Shown: positions 38,187 through 47,303 of the stretch, piece after piece
Layout of the letters: each line of letters starts with the position of its first letter
How positions within the stretch are numbered: the first letter of the stretch is position 1
Source of the DNA: an uncultured Caulobacteraceae bacterium
Lineage (GTDB): Bacteria > Pseudomonadota > Alphaproteobacteria > Caulobacterales > Caulobacteraceae
Length of the DNA stretch: 64,000 bases
Assembly (NCBI GenBank): GCA_964242255.1
Contig: CAXTCO010000001.1
Span: 8,539 to 72,538, forward strand
Direction: 5' to 3'
Position numbers and translations under genes: made by a program
The notes under the pieces: model-generated
Database searches by the model: none
What the model was told of the DNA's origin: nothing
The model's input: only the letters and a program-made list of their open reading frames with translations

Positions 38187-40919
38187 TCAGGGCAGCATCT
38201 GGCGCTGGCGGCGCGTGAGGTCGGCCGGCACCTGCTGGCGCGAGCCGGCGATCGCCCGGGCGACCCCCTGATCGACAGCGTGCGTAACGTGGTCGAAGGA
38301 GAAGGCGCCGCCGGCGTTCACGGCGACGTGGAGGTAGGTGTCGCCGCCGCCGGCGACCGGGCGCGCGGCGCTGAGGCCCGCCAGACCGCGGATCACGTTG
38401 TTGGGTGTGACGGCCGCGCCCTTCGGCAGGTCGACGATCTCCGGGCCGCTCTCGCCCACCCAGGTCGGGCCGCCGGTCGAGACGCCCCCGCCCGCCTTGT
38501 GCGGCGCCGTCCCGAAGATCGAGCCCAGGAACGATGTGCCGGTCAGGTCGCCGAACACCGCCAGCTCCGCCTGCTTGGCGAGATACTTGATCGCGTCGGC
38601 TTCCATCTGGGCGAAGATCGTGTGGAACACGTCGCCCATGCTCTTGCCGTTGATGATCGCCTCGGCGATCCCGCTGTTGAAGTCGTCGATGCCCTTCACG
38701 GCGGCCGACTGGAGCGACTGGCCGACCTGCTGCGACGCCTGCTGGCCCTCGCGCACCCACTTGTCGAACGGCGACGCGGTGTCGTAGTCGATCTTCTTAC
38801 GCTGGTCGTCGAAGCCCTGCTGCGAGACCTTCGTGTCGCGGTCGTAGTTCGTCCGGAGCTGCTTCAGCTGGGCGAAGGCGTCCGGGCTGGAGAGGTCCAC
38901 CTTCGCCGAGTCGGCGTCGTACTTCCCCTCAAGGTCGTGCTGCGCCTTCTGCTGCTGGAGAGCGAGGATCGCCAGCGCCGCGGTCCGCTGCTGAGCGATC
39001 GTCAGCGCGTACTGGCTCTCCGCCTGGGCGTGGGTGATAGCGGCCTCCGACACCTTGTCGTAGGCGGCCAGACTCTCCTCGATGCGCTGCGCGGCGGCGT
39101 CCAGCGCGACCTTCTCGCGCTTGTAGGCGAGGTCCGAGTCGATGGTCTGCTGGCGGATCGCGGCCGCCTGCGTCTCCTTCGCCGCCGCGGCCTTCAGGGT
39201 GGCGAGCTGCTCGGCGCTCGCCGCATCCTTCTTCGCCTTGGAGACCCGCACCTCCTCCGCGTGGATGGCGTCCAGCTTGCTCCTGAGGTCCGCCGCCACC
39301 TGCTCGGACTGCGCCCGGGCCTCCTGCTCGGCGTTCGACGTGGCGAGCGCCTGGCGCCCGTTGATCGTCCAGGCCTCCGCTCGCTTCGATGCGGCGTTGG
39401 CCGCCGCGCGCACGGCCTCGGCGTAGGACTTCTCCGCGGCGTCCGCCTTCGACTGCGCTTGGCTGTCGAAGGTGTCCGTCTGGTCCTGCGGGCCGGCCTT
39501 CTCCTTCTTCGGGCGGGGGTCCCACCGGCGCTGCAGGCGCGCGATGTGCTCCTCGCCCTTCTTGATGTCGAGATCGGCGACGGCGCGCTCGGGATCGTTG
39601 GGGGCGAGCTTGTCGCGGTACTCGCGGCGCCCCTTGATGGCGGCCTGCAGGTCCTCGATCTGGTCCGCCATCGGGTCGAGCTTGGCGTGCAGGTCGTGCT
39701 GGATCCGGCTGTCCCGGTTGTCCCCCTGCCCCCTGTTGTAGGCGCCCTGGCCGGCGATCTCCTTCTGCAGAGCCGCGATCTGGCGGTCGATGCCGGCGAT
39801 CGTGGCCGAGCTGTCCGGCGCGGCGACGTCCATGGTGCTGCCGTCGGGCAGGGTGACCCGCCGATCGCCCGACTTCGACTCGGCGACGAGCTGCGCCCGC
39901 TTCGCCTGCAGCTCGACGAGCTTGCCGGCGGAGTCGGTGTGCACCAGGGCGTTCAGGAACTGCCCCAGCTTGTCGATCGTGCCGCCGATGAAGCCGGACA
40001 GGTCCGCGAACTTCTGGCCGAGCTCGGTCAGGTGCGGCTTGGCGCGGTCGGTCGCGCCGCCGATGGCGTCGATGAAGCGGGCGACGGCCTCCGTCCGCCT
40101 TCCCTGCTCGTCTAGCAGCTGGATGTGGCGGATCTGCTCCTCGGAGAGGTTCAGGATCCCGTTGCCAAGCGTCTCGACGCCCTTCCCGGGCTCAGCAAGC
40201 GCGCTGGCCAGCGTGTGCAGCGCCTCGGGCACCTTCTCGCCGGACATGGCGGCGAAGCGCTCCACCAGGCCGACCGCCTTCTCCATGCTGCCCGAGCTGA
40301 CGCCGGCGCGCAGGAAGGCGGCCTCGGCCTGCTTGGCGAAGGCGACGGACCCCTCGCCGGCGGCGGCCGTGGCGTAGGCGATCCGGTTCAGGTCGCCGAT
40401 CGTCTCGCCCGACGCCGCGCCGAGGCCGATCATGGCGCGGCTGAGCTCGGCGTTCGCCTTGGCGGCGCTCATTCCCGCGTAGATGACGCCGCCCAGGACG
40501 GCCGCGAGCGCGAGGAAGCCGGCCAGTGCGGGCGGAAACGAGCGGCCGAGCGCCGCTAGGCCGCCGCCCAGACCGCCCTGCCCGCTCGAGAGCGCCTGGT
40601 AGGCGCGGCCGCCCTCCATCGTCAGGACGCGAAGCGGGCTGGCCCCAGCCGACATGGCGTCCCACGCCGAGCGCGCGACGTGCTGCAGCTCCATGAGCTG
40701 GCCGCGGTTCAGCTTGCCGATCGCGTCGTCAGCGTCCTGCGCGCCCTGGCGCGCATGGCCCCCGAACTTGCCGAACGCCTTCTTGCCGGCGTCATCGTAG
40801 GTCTTCTGGATGTCCTCGGAGTTGCTGCGCACCACCTTGAGCGCGTCGGCGGTGTCCTTCCGCAGCTTCGTGATGTCGCTGGACATCTGATAGACGAGCC
40901 GCTGGAGGTCGTCGGCCAT
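38187..40919 (-). CDS. Tail tape measure protein
   Basis: 910-aa ORF. Long helical/coiled-coil body, Ala/Gly-rich hydrophobic segment, canonical position. GGAGG 8 nt upstream of ATG 40919. Confidence 0.9.
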   Translation of the reverse strand: MADDLQRLVYQMSSDITKLRKDTADALKVVRSNSEDIQKTYDDAGKKAFGKFGGHARQGAQDADDAIGKLNRGQLMELQHVARSAWDAMSAGASPLRVLTMEGGRAYQALSSGQGGLGGGLAALGRSFPPALAGFLALAAVLGGVIYAGMSAAKANAELSRAMIGLGAASGETIGDLNRIAYATAAAGEGSVAFAKQAEAAFLRAGVSSGSMEKAVGLVERFAAMSGEKVPEALHTLASALAEPGKGVETLGNGILNLSEEQIRHIQLLDEQGRRTEAVARFIDAIGGATDRAKPHLTELGQKFADLSGFIGGTIDKLGQFLNALVHTDSAGKLVELQAKRAQLVAESKSGDRRVTLPDGSTMDVAAPDSSATIAGIDRQIAALQKEIAGQGAYNRGQGDNRDSRIQHDLHAKLDPMADQIEDLQAAIKGRREYRDKLAPNDPERAVADLDIKKGEEHIARLQRRWDPRPKKEKAGPQDQTDTFDSQAQSKADAAEKSYAEAVRAAANAASKRAEAWTINGRQALATSNAEQEARAQSEQVAADLRSKLDAIHAEEVRVSKAKKDAASAEQLATLKAAAAKETQAAAIRQQTIDSDLAYKREKVALDAAAQRIEESLAAYDKVSEAAITHAQAESQYALTIAQQRTAALAILALQQQKAQHDLEGKYDADSAKVDLSSPDAFAQLKQLRTNYDRDTKVSQQGFDDQRKKIDYDTASPFDKWVREGQQASQQVGQSLQSAAVKGIDDFNSGIAEAIINGKSMGDVFHTIFAQMEADAIKYLAKQAELAVFGDLTGTSFLGSIFGTAPHKAGGGVSTGGPTWVGESGPEIVDLPKGAAVTPNNVIRGLAGLSAARPVAGGGDTYLHVAVNAGGAFSFDHVTHAVDQGVARAIAGSRQQVPADLTRRQRQMLP

Positions 40920-40935
40920 CGTTCACCTCCCCCGG

Positions 40936-41190
40936 TCAGCCTTCACCCCGAAGAGCCGCCTCGAACTGCTCGACGGTGGGCGCGCCCGGCCCTCCCTCCA
41001 CTGGCGACGCGGCGTGGAAGCCGTCGTAGCCGGCTATGGCGACTCCGAGCTCCCAGAGGCTGAGTTCGTCGACCTGGCGCGGCGAGAAGCCCGCGCGCGC
41101 CGCGGCTTTGTAGAGCTCGCCGAAGCGGAGCTTGCCCCGGGGGAGCGCGGTGCGCCGCTCTCCGTCTCCCCCACGGGCTCCCCCGGTTCG
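40936..41190 (-). CDS. Tail assembly chaperone -1 frame extension (gpGT-like); no own start codon
   Basis: Open -1 frame with strong codon bias: ..GKLRFGELYKAAARAGFSPRQVDELSLWELGVAIAGYDGFHAASPVEGGPGAPTVEQFEAALRGEG. It contains no ATG/GTG/TTG. It overlaps the zero frame across CCCCCGGGG (41135-41143). Confidence 0.6.
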   Translation of the reverse strand, partial: RTGGARGGDGERRTALPRGKLRFGELYKAAARAGFSPRQVDELSLWELGVAIAGYDGFHAASPVEGGPGAPTVEQFEAALRGEG

Positions 41191-41561
41191 TCAGGCACCC
41201 CGGACACCGCGGCGAGCAGGATCGAGAAGGCGAGCTGCAGGTTCTCCCGCGGCGGTCGGCGGTCGAAGTACTCGACCGTCAGCGCCGACGCGGACAGGTG
41301 GTCCATGCCGCCGCCGAGCAGCCCCTGGAAGATCGGCTCGCGCACGTCATCGATGCGCCAGCGGCCCACCAGGCCCGCCATCATGGCGGCCAGCGGCCCG
41401 AGGTCGCGCTCGAGCGCGGTGACCGACGGCGCCATGCGCGCGAGGATTTCCTCCGGCCCCGCGTCGCACTTCGCCTGAACCGCGCGCAGGCCGCCGGTGG
41501 GCAGGAAGAAGCGGCGCTCCTCCCCCGCCCACGGGACGGTGATGGATTGCAGCGACGCCAT
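41034..41561 (-). CDS. Tail assembly chaperone (gpG-like, GTA g10-like), zero-frame product
   Basis: 175-aa ORF. Good codon bias only down to ~41140. The last ~35 codons have poor third-position GC. Confidence 0.7.
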   Translation of the reverse strand: MASLQSITVPWAGEERRFFLPTGGLRAVQAKCDAGPEEILARMAPSVTALERDLGPLAAMMAGLVGRWRIDDVREPIFQGLLGGGMDHLSASALTVEYFDRRPPRENLQLAFSILLAAVSGVPDEPGEPVGETESGAPRSPGASSASASSTKPRRARASRRARSTNSASGSSESP

Positions 41562-41563
41562 CG

Positions 41564-42019
41564 TCAGGCGTGGGCGGCGCTGGTGACCGCGTCGGCCTGG
41601 TCGAAAGCCAGCGAGCAGGTGACGTTGTCGCCCTTCTTCGAGCCCGTGATCGCGAAGCTGGTCAGGACATAGGGGCCGGTGACCAGCAGCGCGCCCGCGA
41701 TCGAGCCGACATTGACCTTGATGTTGATCGGCTGGCCCGCGAGGAGCTTGTCCATGTAGACCTTGGCGGTCAGCACATCGAGCATGCCGTCCCCGGCGAT
41801 CTTGCTGTCCGTGGACGTGACGGTCCGCGTCGTCTTCATGGGCTTGGTCTGGTCGGTGCAGTCGGGCACCTCGTTCGCCGTGGCGTTGGCCGTCGCGGTG
41901 AAGCTGCGCTGCGTGTTGATCAGGCAGGGGTGGGCGAAGTTCTCGGGCGTCTGCCCGTCCCCGAGCTGGACGAGAAGGAGGACGGAGTCGATCGCGCCTG
42001 CATACGTGTCACCGGCCAT
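41564..42019 (-). CDS. Major tail protein (TP901-1/phage_tail_2-like)
   Basis: 151-aa ORF in canonical position upstream of the chaperone genes. Confidence 0.75.
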   Translation of the reverse strand: MAGDTYAGAIDSVLLLVQLGDGQTPENFAHPCLINTQRSFTATANATANEVPDCTDQTKPMKTTRTVTSTDSKIAGDGMLDVLTAKVYMDKLLAGQPINIKVNVGSIAGALLVTGPYVLTSFAITGSKKGDNVTCSLAFDQADAVTSAAHA

Positions 42020-42056
42020 GGCGGTTCTCCTGGTGGGCTTGGAGCCCGGTTGGGCC

Positions 42057-42482
42057 TCAGCCGGCGGGCTGCAGGCGGATGCGGAAGGTCAGGACGGAGT
42101 GGGCGACGAGGCCCTTGGGGTCGGTGGCGTCGCCGTCCGTCCCGTGGTGCGCGTCCTCGAGGATGGCGCTGATCACCGACCAGCCCGCCGGCGCCCACGT
42201 CGGGCCGGCGGCGGGCGCCACGACCGCCGCGACGGCGGCGGCGAGCGTCTTGGCCGTCAGGCGCGCCATCGCGTCCGAGGCCCACACGTGCACGGTCTCG
42301 TAGTCGAGGCCGCTGGAGAGGCAGCCGTTGTTGTCGGGGACCCACTGCGACTGGCCGATCTCGACCAGCGGGTAGGGCGCGCCCTGCGCCGCGATCGGGT
42401 CGCGGATGCTCGCCGCCGCCAGCGCCTGGGCGCCCGTGAGGGCGGCCGCGAGCGCCACCTGCACGGCCTCGGTGGGATCCAT
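42057..42482 (-). CDS. Tail terminator/completion protein (DUF3168-like)
   Basis: 141-aa ORF. Position and size match the tail terminator. PLVEIGQSQ..ETVHVW pattern. Confidence 0.6.
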   Translation of the reverse strand: MDPTEAVQVALAAALTGAQALAAASIRDPIAAQGAPYPLVEIGQSQWVPDNNGCLSSGLDYETVHVWASDAMARLTAKTLAAAVAAVVAPAAGPTWAPAGWSVISAILEDAHHGTDGDATDPKGLVAHSVLTFRIRLQPAG

Positions 42483-43018
42483 CAGGCCGTCTCCGCGATC
42501 ATCTTCACCGCCTTGTTCGACGCGGCGCGGACCCGGGCGTTGATCGAGGCCTTCCGGGCCCGGATCGTCGGGAAGAAGAAGGGCTGCGCGCGCGTGCCGG
42601 GGTGCGTGCGACCGGCGACGCGGCTAGGCCTACCCTTGGAGCTGATCTTCTCGCCCGTGGTGGTGGCCCGCGTGCCCCACTCGACCCAGGGACCCCAGAA
42701 CGCCAGCGCGTCGCCGGCGTAGACCGAGAAGAGCAGGCCCTTGTCCGTCAGCGCCCGCCGCAGGTTGTCGCCGCCCTGGGCGGCCGAAGCGGTCGCCTTG
42801 CCGGAGGCCCGCCCCATGGCGCCGGCCGGCGGCTCGCCGGCGCAGTAGTCGATCGTCCCCGCCAGCTGGCCCGTCCGGCGCGGCACCCGGGCCTCGATGA
42901 CGTCTGCTAGCTCGTAAGCCGCCTGCTCGAGCGCCTCGCCCTGGGCCGCCACAACCGCGTCCGGAAGCGCAGCGATCTGACGCAGGAGGCGGTCGAGGCC
43001 GTCAACCCGCGTCGTCAT
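42482..43018 (-). CDS. HK97 gp10-family head-tail joining protein
   Basis: 178-aa ORF. N-terminal GLDRLLRQIAALPDAV..ELADVIEARVPRRTGQLAGTI typical of the gp10 family. Confidence 0.7.
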   Translation of the reverse strand: MTTRVDGLDRLLRQIAALPDAVVAAQGEALEQAAYELADVIEARVPRRTGQLAGTIDYCAGEPPAGAMGRASGKATASAAQGGDNLRRALTDKGLLFSVYAGDALAFWGPWVEWGTRATTTGEKISSKGRPSRVAGRTHPGTRAQPFFFPTIRARKASINARVRAASNKAVKMIAETA

Positions 43019-43418
43019 CGACCCGTCCGCCGCTCTCCGCCTGGGCGAGGATCCAGCGACGGCGGCCGTCGGGGTCCGCGACCCACTTGAGGGCGAAGAG
43101 CTCGCCCGTGGCGGCGTCCACCGCGCGGTCTGCGGAGGTCAGGGAGGAGGTGAGCGAGTCGTGGCGGACCCAGAGGTCGTAGGCGGCCTCGCCTTGGATC
43201 CTGCCGGCGACCGTCGCCTCTCCACCCCGCGTCGGCTCGACCTTGCCCCAGCGGGTCGCCGCCGCCGCGGCCGCGGCCGGGCTCGCGGGCGGCGTAGCGG
43301 TGCAGATGATCGGCGCCCAGGCGCCCTGCGGGTAGCCGCCGACGGGCGCCTGGGCGACCAGGCGTTCGAAGCGCAGGCGGCGGCGCAGCTCACCCGCGTG
43401 CGGGAGGTTCCAGGCCAT
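43002..43418 (-). CDS. Head closure / head-tail adaptor protein (SPP1 gp16-like)
   Basis: 138-aa ORF in canonical order. LRRRLRFERL...WGKVEPTRGGE pattern. Confidence 0.65.
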   Translation of the reverse strand: MAWNLPHAGELRRRLRFERLVAQAPVGGYPQGAWAPIICTATPPASPAAAAAAATRWGKVEPTRGGEATVAGRIQGEAAYDLWVRHDSLTSSLTSADRAVDAATGELFALKWVADPDGRRRWILAQAESGGRVDDDAG

Positions 43419-43578
43419 CGGCGAGCTCCTGGCGGGTCGGAGCGGGGATGGCGCGGGCCGCGGCGGCCGCGATCGCCTCTTCGGCGCACGCGCGCTTCAC
43501 GTTCAGCCGCATCCCCGCCTTGTAGGCGGTGTGCCAGGGGCCGGAGCGGGGCCAGTCGAAGTCCCGCTCGAACACCAC
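43390..43578 (-). CDS. Small hypothetical phage protein
   Basis: 62-aa ORF filling the gap between the connector and adaptor genes. Confidence 0.4.
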   Translation of the reverse strand: MVFERDFDWPRSGPWHTAYKAGMRLNVKRACAEEAIAAAAARAIPAPTRQELADGLEPPARG

Positions 43579-43591
43579 CCAGGCCAGGGCG

Positions 43592-44179
43592 TCAGCTCCA
43601 GCGGAGCGGGCTGAGCAGCTGCTCCACGCCGAAGGGCAGCGGGGTCGAGCTGTCGCGCGCCTCCACGCCGACCACGGCCTCGCGGTTCGCGTAGAGGTGG
43701 CTGACCAGCAGCTTGCAGGCGTGCTGCGCCCGGGCGGGCACCGTGGTCGGGTCGCCGGTGACCACCATGGTGATCACCAGGCGCTCCGCGGCGTCGCCCA
43801 GCAACGGCCAGATCACGCCCCAGCGCCGATGCAGCTCGCGCGTCTCGCCTGACGGCCGGTCCCAGTAGAGGGACGGGTCGAGGATCTGCGTCGAGCCGTC
43901 CAGCGCGGCGTAGCGCACCTGGCCGATGGCCAGCACGCCCGCCGCGTTGGTCGCCCCGGCGATCGGCAGCCGCAGGCCGTGCGCCCAGTCGTGGAGCACC
44001 CACTCGAGCTGCTGCGCCAGGAAGCGGCGCTGGACGTCCTGCTCGATCAGGTCTCCCGCCGCCAGGATGACGGCGCTGATCAGGTCGTCCTCGTCGTCGG
44101 TGTCCACCCGCAGGTGGGCCTTTGCGTCGACGAGGCTGATCAGGCCGCCCGCCGGCGGCGAGACGACCCGGACCGTCAC
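43592..44179 (-). CDS. Head-tail connector protein (gp6-like / DNA-packaging QLRG family)
   Basis: 195-aa ORF. ISLVDAKAHLRVDTDDEDDLISAVILAAGDLIE is the typical N-terminal motif. Confidence 0.7.
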   Translation of the reverse strand: MTVRVVSPPAGGLISLVDAKAHLRVDTDDEDDLISAVILAAGDLIEQDVQRRFLAQQLEWVLHDWAHGLRLPIAGATNAAGVLAIGQVRYAALDGSTQILDPSLYWDRPSGETRELHRRWGVIWPLLGDAAERLVITMVVTGDPTTVPARAQHACKLLVSHLYANREAVVGVEARDSSTPLPFGVEQLLSPLRWS

Positions 44180-44182
44180 GAC

Positions 44183-44632
44183 CTAGTTCACCACCTGGGT
44201 GACGGTCGCGGCGTTGTTGTCCGACCCCATGCCGAAGTGCTGGTCCACGCCCAGCACCGTCGCGGCCACGAAGGCGGCCGCCACGGCGGGGGTCACGGTC
44301 AGCCGCACGAACCGGAAGCCGTTGTTGATGTCGAGCTCGGCCGCCTTGACGTTGATCAGGGCCTGCGTGGAGCTGCCGGCGCCGGCCTGCGTCACCTGGG
44401 TGATGGGCGTGGTCGCCACGTCCTTCGTGCCCGTGCCGTTGGCGTCGGTCGCCTGCTGGAACTTGGCGTCGACGGTGCCGCCGGCGGCGATGGCGCCCGC
44501 CTGCACGACGGCCATGGCCTTGTGGAACGACGCCATGTCGATCCAGGGCGTGGAGACGGCCGCGTTGGCCGACTGCGGGTCGATGACGCCGGCGACGGCG
44601 ATGCGCTGCGACGGCTTGAGCGAAGGCCACAT
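44183..44632 (-). CDS. Hypothetical head-associated protein (decoration-protein position)
   Basis: 149-aa ORF immediately after the capsid gene. Confidence 0.5.
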   Translation of the reverse strand: MWPSLKPSQRIAVAGVIDPQSANAAVSTPWIDMASFHKAMAVVQAGAIAAGGTVDAKFQQATDANGTGTKDVATTPITQVTQAGAGSSTQALINVKAAELDINNGFRFVRLTVTPAVAAAFVAATVLGVDQHFGMGSDNNAATVTQVVN

Positions 44633-44736
44633 GGCCGCGCCTCCTGGTGCTGTGGTGAGGGGGAGAAAAGGTCCGGCGGACTCGCCGCCGCCGGCCGGCT
44701 ACTCGTGCTCGGCCCGGCCGAAGCCGGGGCCGACGG

Positions 44737-46056
44737 TCAGGCCCGGGTGGCGAGCGTGACGAAGTGCGACTTGGTGGTCGCGCCGTTCGCCGGCTGAACG
44801 GGGGCGCTCAGGTAGGGCTGGCCGGTCAGGCGGAACAGCCAGCGGAAGGCCGTCAGCGCCTGGTCGAACCAGAGGTGGATGGACGAGTCGAACGAGGGGC
44901 CGCCCGTCTTGTTGGCCGAGTAGTAGCCGCTCATGTTGACGCAGCTGATGTCGCCCGTGGTGCCCAGCGTCTGCGCGTGCTCGGTGAAGAGCACCGGGTA
45001 GCCGAACAGATAGCCGTCCGTCGGGTCGCCCTCGAGGGGGCGATTGTTCGGCAGGTAGGCCGGCAGGTTGGTGTTGGGGATCACCAGCGTGATCAGCTGG
45101 GGCAGGATGTCGGGGTTCACCAGCCACAGCGGACGGCCGCCCTGGCCGCGCAGCACGCGGGCGAGCATGTTCGCCAGGTTGGAGACGGTGATGGTCTTCG
45201 CCGCCTGCCCGCCGTCTTTGGCGACCGTGATCAGCGCCTTGGCCTTCATGAACCCGAGCGGCTTCCCGACGCCGTCGCCGTACATCACGGAGTCCGACGC
45301 CTTCCAGGCGATGGCCCGGCCCGCCTGCACGGTCAGCCGGTTCTGCAGCATGCCGGCGTCGGACAACACCTCGCTCGACGCCGCGCAGAAGGCGAACAGC
45401 TCGTGCAGCGTCATCATCTCGCCGGTGAGCGAGAGCTTGGAGGGGAGCATCTGGGTCCCCTCGGCGCGCCACGCCGCCTGCACGCCGGCCGCGCCCCAGG
45501 GCGTGGTCTCATCCTTCGGCTTGATGGTGGCGTTGCCCTGGATCGGCTCCGGCTGCGACATGCCGAACAGGTCGGTCTGCTCGAAGGCGATCTCCCAGAC
45601 CTGGCGGGAGTACTCGGGCGGCACCAGGAAGCCCTCGCCCGAGGTCCCGGCGTTGGCCTGGTAGGAGCCCGCCGGGGCCGTCGCGGTGAGGCGCGCGTCC
45701 ACGTTGCCGCCCACCATGCCGCGCACCGCCGTGGCGAACTCCGACATGCTCCGGAAGCCGCCCGTGGTCTCCGGGTTCGGCTCCGACGTGCGGCCGGCCG
45801 CGCCGGCGGCACGGGTGGGGGCGCCGAACAGGGCGCCGCGGCGCGACTGCGCCTCCTGGGCCTCGATCTGGCCGTCGAGGGTGGTGACCTCGGCCTCCAG
45901 GCCGTCGATCTCCGCGCCGAGGGTCGTCAGCTCGGTCTCTTCGGTCTCGGTGCGGGTGGTCTGGGCGGCCAGCGCGTTGTGGCGGGCCAGGGCGGTGCGG
46001 CCACGCGTGGCCTTCGCCGCGCGCTCTGCGCGCAGCTCCTTCAGCGTCTTCGGCAT
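44737..46056 (-). CDS. Major capsid protein, HK97 family (with N-terminal coiled-coil delta/scaffold domain)
   Basis: 439-aa ORF following the protease. Coiled-coil first ~100 aa, then HK97-like body. Confidence 0.9.
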   Translation of the reverse strand: MPKTLKELRAERAAKATRGRTALARHNALAAQTTRTETEETELTTLGAEIDGLEAEVTTLDGQIEAQEAQSRRGALFGAPTRAAGAAGRTSEPNPETTGGFRSMSEFATAVRGMVGGNVDARLTATAPAGSYQANAGTSGEGFLVPPEYSRQVWEIAFEQTDLFGMSQPEPIQGNATIKPKDETTPWGAAGVQAAWRAEGTQMLPSKLSLTGEMMTLHELFAFCAASSEVLSDAGMLQNRLTVQAGRAIAWKASDSVMYGDGVGKPLGFMKAKALITVAKDGGQAAKTITVSNLANMLARVLRGQGGRPLWLVNPDILPQLITLVIPNTNLPAYLPNNRPLEGDPTDGYLFGYPVLFTEHAQTLGTTGDISCVNMSGYYSANKTGGPSFDSSIHLWFDQALTAFRWLFRLTGQPYLSAPVQPANGATTKSHFVTLATRA

Positions 46057-46164
46057 GGAGCCTCTCGTCAGGGGTGGGGCCGGGCGCAGGGTCGCCCTGC
46101 CCTGCGCCCGGCGCGCAGGGGGCGAAGCGGTCGGGCAGCAGGCCGCGCGCGGCGGCCCGGGCCG

Positions 46165-46467
46165 TCAGTCGTCGAGGTCGCCGGCGAGCTCGCGGGCGAT
46201 GTCGTCGAAGTCGATGTCCACGACGAGCGGCGGCTGGCCGACCGGCGCGGCGGCGAAGCGCACCACGCTCTGGCCGTCGGAGCCGGCGGCGATCGTGTCG
46301 ACGCGGGCGAGGTTGACCAGGACCACGGCGTCGCCCTGGGGCAGCCGCACGAAGGGGCTGAAGCGGCGAAGGCCGGCCGACGGGTAGGCGCGGGCGTCGG
46401 AGGTCTCTGCGGCGTTGTCGGCGACCTGACCGGTCGTGGGCGGGGCGGCGTCGGCGGCGTCGGGCAT
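46165..46467 (-). CDS. Hypothetical protein between protease and capsid genes
   Basis: ATG 46467 preceded by AGGAG, 100 aa. Acidic C-terminus. Confidence 0.5.
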   Translation of the reverse strand: MPDAADAAPPTTGQVADNAAETSDARAYPSAGLRRFSPFVRLPQGDAVVLVNLARVDTIAAGSDGQSVVRFAAAPVGQPPLVVDIDFDDIARELAGDLDD

Positions 46468-46484
46468 CGGGGCTCCTGTGGGGC

Positions 46485-47303
46485 TTAGGCGAAGGCCAGG
46501 GCCGACCGCTTGCGGACGGCGCCGGACTTGGTGCGCAGGCTCGACACGACGTCGGCCATCGTGCCGATGCGGTCGGCCATGCCGAGCCGGACGGCCTGGT
46601 CGGCGCCCAGCATCCGCCCTTTGCCGAAGGAGCTGCGAACCGTGTCGGGGCTGACCTTGCGACCCTGGGCGACCTCGGCGACGAAGCGCGCCATCTCGGC
46701 GTCGGCCTGGGTGCGGACGTAGTCCTGCGCCTCCTCGCTGAGCGGGGCGAAGGGCGAGAGCTCGGCCTTGTAGGGGCTGTCGGTGGAGACGATGTCCGTC
46801 ACCTTCACGCCGGCGTTCGACAGCATGCCGGAGACGTCGAAGTGCTGGCCGCGGACGCCGATCGAGCCCGCCTCGGCCGAGGGCGTCATCCAGATCTGCG
46901 AGGCCTGGCTGCCGATGTAGTAGCCCGCCGACGCGAGGCAGGTGTCGACGAGGCACACGACGGGCTTGATCGCGGCCACGTCGCGGACGACGGCGGCCGA
47001 CTCCGGCGTGCCCGCGACGGTGCCGCCGGGCGTATGGGCGTCGATCACCACCGCGCCGACGTCGCCGTTCGCACCCGCCGATCGCATGCGCTGCTGGAAG
47101 GCGGCGTGGCCGCCCTTGGGCGTCAGCGCGCCCTGCAGCGGCACCACGGCGATCGACTTGGGCGTCTCGGGCTGCGCCCGGTCGGGGCGGCTGGCGCCCA
47201 GGCGCTGGAAGTCGACGGCGAACAGCCGCTCGCCGGAGCCGTATAGGGCCATCAGCTCGGCCCCGGCGGCGGTGGCGAGCAGCGCCTGCAGGTCAGGGGG
47301 CAT
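46485..47303 (-). CDS. Prohead protease, S49 (SppA/ClpP-like) family
   Basis: 272-aa ORF. VVIDAHTPGGTVAGT and CLASAGYYIGSQAS motifs. Confidence 0.85.
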   Translation of the reverse strand: MPPDLQALLATAAGAELMALYGSGERLFAVDFQRLGASRPDRAQPETPKSIAVVPLQGALTPKGGHAAFQQRMRSAGANGDVGAVVIDAHTPGGTVAGTPESAAVVRDVAAIKPVVCLVDTCLASAGYYIGSQASQIWMTPSAEAGSIGVRGQHFDVSGMLSNAGVKVTDIVSTDSPYKAELSPFAPLSEEAQDYVRTQADAEMARFVAEVAQGRKVSPDTVRSSFGKGRMLGADQAVRLGMADRIGTMADVVSSLRTKSGAVRKRSALAFA

